64,000 nt of DNA from Nitrospirae bacterium UBA2233 (lineage in GTDB: Bacteria; UBA2233): assembly GCA_002347965.1 (NCBI GenBank), contig DDYN01000039.1, positions 1,797-65,796 on the forward strand, read 5' to 3'. Under the pieces are notes generated by a model that saw nothing but the letters and a program-made list of their open reading frames with translations, did no database searches and had not been told where the DNA came from. Of the stretch, positions 61,989 to 64,000 are shown piece after piece (positions within the stretch are counted from its first letter, which is position 1; every line of letters starts with the position of its first letter). The position numbers were made by a program, and so were the translations under genes.

Positions 61989-62768
61989 ATGGCTTGGCAG
62001 CACGCCTACGTCTTGTGCGCTCAGGACAACCTTGCCTACCTTGTCTTCGATCGAGAGATGGGACACGCTCTTGTTGTGGACCCGACCGACCCGGAGAAGG
62101 TCGAGCGTTCCCTGAAGACTCTCGGCCTTAAGCCCGCCGCGATTCTGAACACCCATTCGCATCCTGACCACACCCAAGGAAACGAACGCCTGGCCAAAGC
62201 GTACAGCATTCCGGTTTATGGGCCTGCCCGTGAAGCCGAAGCTATCCCCATGCTCCGCTATCCCATAGAAGGCGGTCAGGTTCTTGACTTGGCGGGCATT
62301 TCCATCAAGGTTCACGACACGCCGGGCCATACCAAGGGGGGGCTTACGTTTGAGGTCGAGCACGAAGCGCTCATAACGGGAGACACGTTGTTTTTCTTGG
62401 GCTGCGGAAACCCGAATGTCGGCGGAGATGTCGAGGTCCTTTTTGACACGTTCAAGAGGGTCTACGCGCAGTTGCCGGGCCATCTCATGGTTTTGCCGGG
62501 CCACGACTACTCCCCAAAGAACCTATCCTTCCTTAAATCCATCCTGCCCGACTTTTACGGAATTGACGGGGTTCAAAAAAAGGTTGAGCAAGCCCACGCA
62601 AGCTCAGGAGTCCCTTTTTCGACCCTCGAAGACGAGAGGGAAAACAATCCTTTCTTGATGGTCTTTAACCCCAAGTTGGCGCAGAAGATAGCTTCAATCG
62701 TCGGGCTCGATCCCCATGACCCTAAGGCTTGTTTTTTAAAATTAAGGGAGATCAGGAACACGTTTTAA
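61989..62768 (+). CDS. gloB: Hydroxyacylglutathione hydrolase (glyoxalase II)-like metallo-beta-lactamase
   Basis: DNLAY, THSHPDH, TPGHT, TGDTLF, PGHDY and STLEDERENNPF motifs. Confidence 0.88.
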   Translation: MAWQHAYVLCAQDNLAYLVFDREMGHALVVDPTDPEKVERSLKTLGLKPAAILNTHSHPDHTQGNERLAKAYSIPVYGPAREAEAIPMLRYPIEGGQVLDLAGISIKVHDTPGHTKGGLTFEVEHEALITGDTLFFLGCGNPNVGGDVEVLFDTFKRVYAQLPGHLMVLPGHDYSPKNLSFLKSILPDFYGIDGVQKKVEQAHASSGVPFSTLEDERENNPFLMVFNPKLAQKIASIVGLDPHDPKACFLKLREIRNTF

Positions 62769-62778
62769 GCAACGCGCC

Positions 62779-63552
62779 ATGAAGCACGCCTACTTGGCCC
62801 TGGCGATCTTGTGCGGGGTTTTCTTCGTTAAGGCATCGCGTGCGCAACCGGCCTTCGAACTAGTCCAGTTCAACACGCCAGACGGCCTGACTCTCGAAGG
62901 GCGCCTCTACCCGGGCGGGACGAAAAAAGGCGTTGTATGCGCCCACATGTTCCCCGCCGACCAGACAAGCTACGGGGCGTTGGCAAAGGACCTGGCTAGA
63001 AAGGGCTACCCGGTGCTCACGTTCAACTTTCGGGGATACGGAAACTCCGGAGGGCCTAAGAACACCTCAAGGATCGCGCTCGACATGAACGCCGCCGTCC
63101 GCTTTATGGCAGAACGCGTGACGTGCATGGTTCTGATCGGTGCGAGCATGGGCGGCACGGCAAGCATTCTAGAGGGCAATCATCCGAAGGTGAAAGGGGT
63201 CGTGACGCTGTCGGCCCCGGCCGCTTTCCAGGGCTTGGACGCCCGCTCGAAGGTCTCGGGGCTCAAGCCTCCAAAGCTCTTTGTTGCGGCAAAGGGCGAT
63301 GTATCAGCCTACGAAAGCGTGGAGTACTTCTACGCACACGCCCCGGAACCCAAAGAGATTCTACTAGTGGAAGGCTCAGCACACGGCACCCTCTTGCTGG
63401 AGGGCCCAAGCGCCCACTTGATCAAGCGAAGGCTCCTTGAATTCTTGCAGTCGTCCTTGGGTGCGGCATGCGGCCTTGAACCCGCCTTAGAACGTGCGGC
63501 CTTCTTTCATGGGGTTGCTGTATGCAAAACGTTGGTATATAGTACATACTAA
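62779..63552 (+). CDS. Exported alpha/beta-fold hydrolase
   Basis: Signal peptide; FRGYGNS, GASMGG (Ser), GD (Asp) and AHG (His) motifs. Confidence 0.85.
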   Translation: MKHAYLALAILCGVFFVKASRAQPAFELVQFNTPDGLTLEGRLYPGGTKKGVVCAHMFPADQTSYGALAKDLARKGYPVLTFNFRGYGNSGGPKNTSRIALDMNAAVRFMAERVTCMVLIGASMGGTASILEGNHPKVKGVVTLSAPAAFQGLDARSKVSGLKPPKLFVAAKGDVSAYESVEYFYAHAPEPKEILLVEGSAHGTLLLEGPSAHLIKRRLLEFLQSSLGAACGLEPALERAAFFHGVAVCKTLVYSTY

Positions 63553-63556
63553 CGTT
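63515..63556 (+). promoter_or_regulatory. Putative acs promoter with overlapping inverted repeat
   Basis: TTGCTG-17 nt-TATAGT; inverted repeat AACGTTGGTAT-N7-ATACTAACGTT (10/11 match) spans the -10. Confidence 0.5.
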
Positions 63557-63581
63557 TGATGAACAACTAGGACGAGTTCCC

Positions 63582-64000
63582 ATGACAACAGAAGTTTATT
63601 TCCCGACCGATACGCCGTTGCGTCCCGGTCGGCCGACCTACGAGGAGCTCTCTAAAAAGGCCGAGGAGGACCCTATCGATTTTTGGGCCGGGATAGCCCG
63701 CGAGCTGGAGTGGTTCCAGGATTTTCAAGCCGTGTTCGAAGGAAACGGCGTTACTGGAAAGTGGTTTCTTGGCGGGAAATGCAACATCGTAGCAAACGCG
63801 CTCGACCGCCACGCCAAAACGTGGCGAAAGAACAAGCTCGCCATCCTATGGGAGGGCGAAAACGGCAAAACGAGGACGCTTAGCTACCATGCGCTGAATC
63901 GGGAAGTGACACGTCTTGCCACCGTGCTAAAAAGCATGGGCATAAACAAAGGCGATCGCGTCACGATCTACATGCCCCGGATCCCCGAGCAAGTCATCGC
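63582..64000 (+). CDS. acs: Acetyl-CoA synthetase (partial, runs off the window's right edge)
   Basis: Manual translation: MTTEVYFP...DPIDFWAGIARELEWF...KWFLGGKCNIVANALDRH...KLAILWEGE...GDRVTIYMPRIPE. Confidence 0.93.
   Translation, partial: MTTEVYFPTDTPLRPGRPTYEELSKKAEEDPIDFWAGIARELEWFQDFQAVFEGNGVTGKWFLGGKCNIVANALDRHAKTWRKNKLAILWEGENGKTRTLSYHALNREVTRLATVLKSMGINKGDRVTIYMPRIPEQVI

Noticed and set aside
61887..62504. Roughly 200-aa N-terminal extension of yggS in the ORF track (454 aa)
   Set aside because: It is the antisense shadow of gloB; YggS homology begins near 61865.

Overview
Gene-dense housekeeping region from a diderm bacterium. It has LPS heptosyltransferase, porins and Tat genes, and its gene order resembles Desulfobacterota/Deltaproteobacteria-like lineages (inference). 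Main blocks: rimP-nusA-infB-DUF503-rbfA-DHH-truB-rpsO-pnp-prfB(+1 frameshift)-ispG-proS; fumC, a nucleoside phosphorylase and trpB2; a PhoX-like gene heading pstSCA; GT9, secreted GH31 and GH37 glycosidases, and rsbS-rsbT-dcd; tRNA-Lys/Leu-tig-clpP-clpX-tRNA-Val/Asp-moaC-mobA; purBCSQLF-pyrE-slt-pgsA-nuoI-mrp; hemW-frmA, ppx, a Nudix-AMMECR1 fusion and rsmD-coaD-aminotransferase; an OprO/P porin; an HMGS-like/DUF35 fusion plus thiolase; yggS-proC-yggT-yggU-archease-tatB-tatC-nfi; gloB, an alpha/beta hydrolase and a partial acs. I saw no mobile elements or CRISPR arrays. Most interesting observations: (1) the clpX stop codon shares its last base with G1 of tRNA-Val, so tRNA processing would leave a non-stop clpX mRNA; (2) a PhoX-fold protein that has lost nearly all metal ligands is the first gene of a pstB-less pst operon behind a Pho-box-like site; (3) a Nudix-AMMECR1 fusion; (4) a PhlABC-like module (inactive HMGS/DUF35/thiolase); (5) an EndoV lacking a catalytic Asp; (6) an rsbST pair without rsbR. 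All calls come from reading motifs by eye; no database searches were run.
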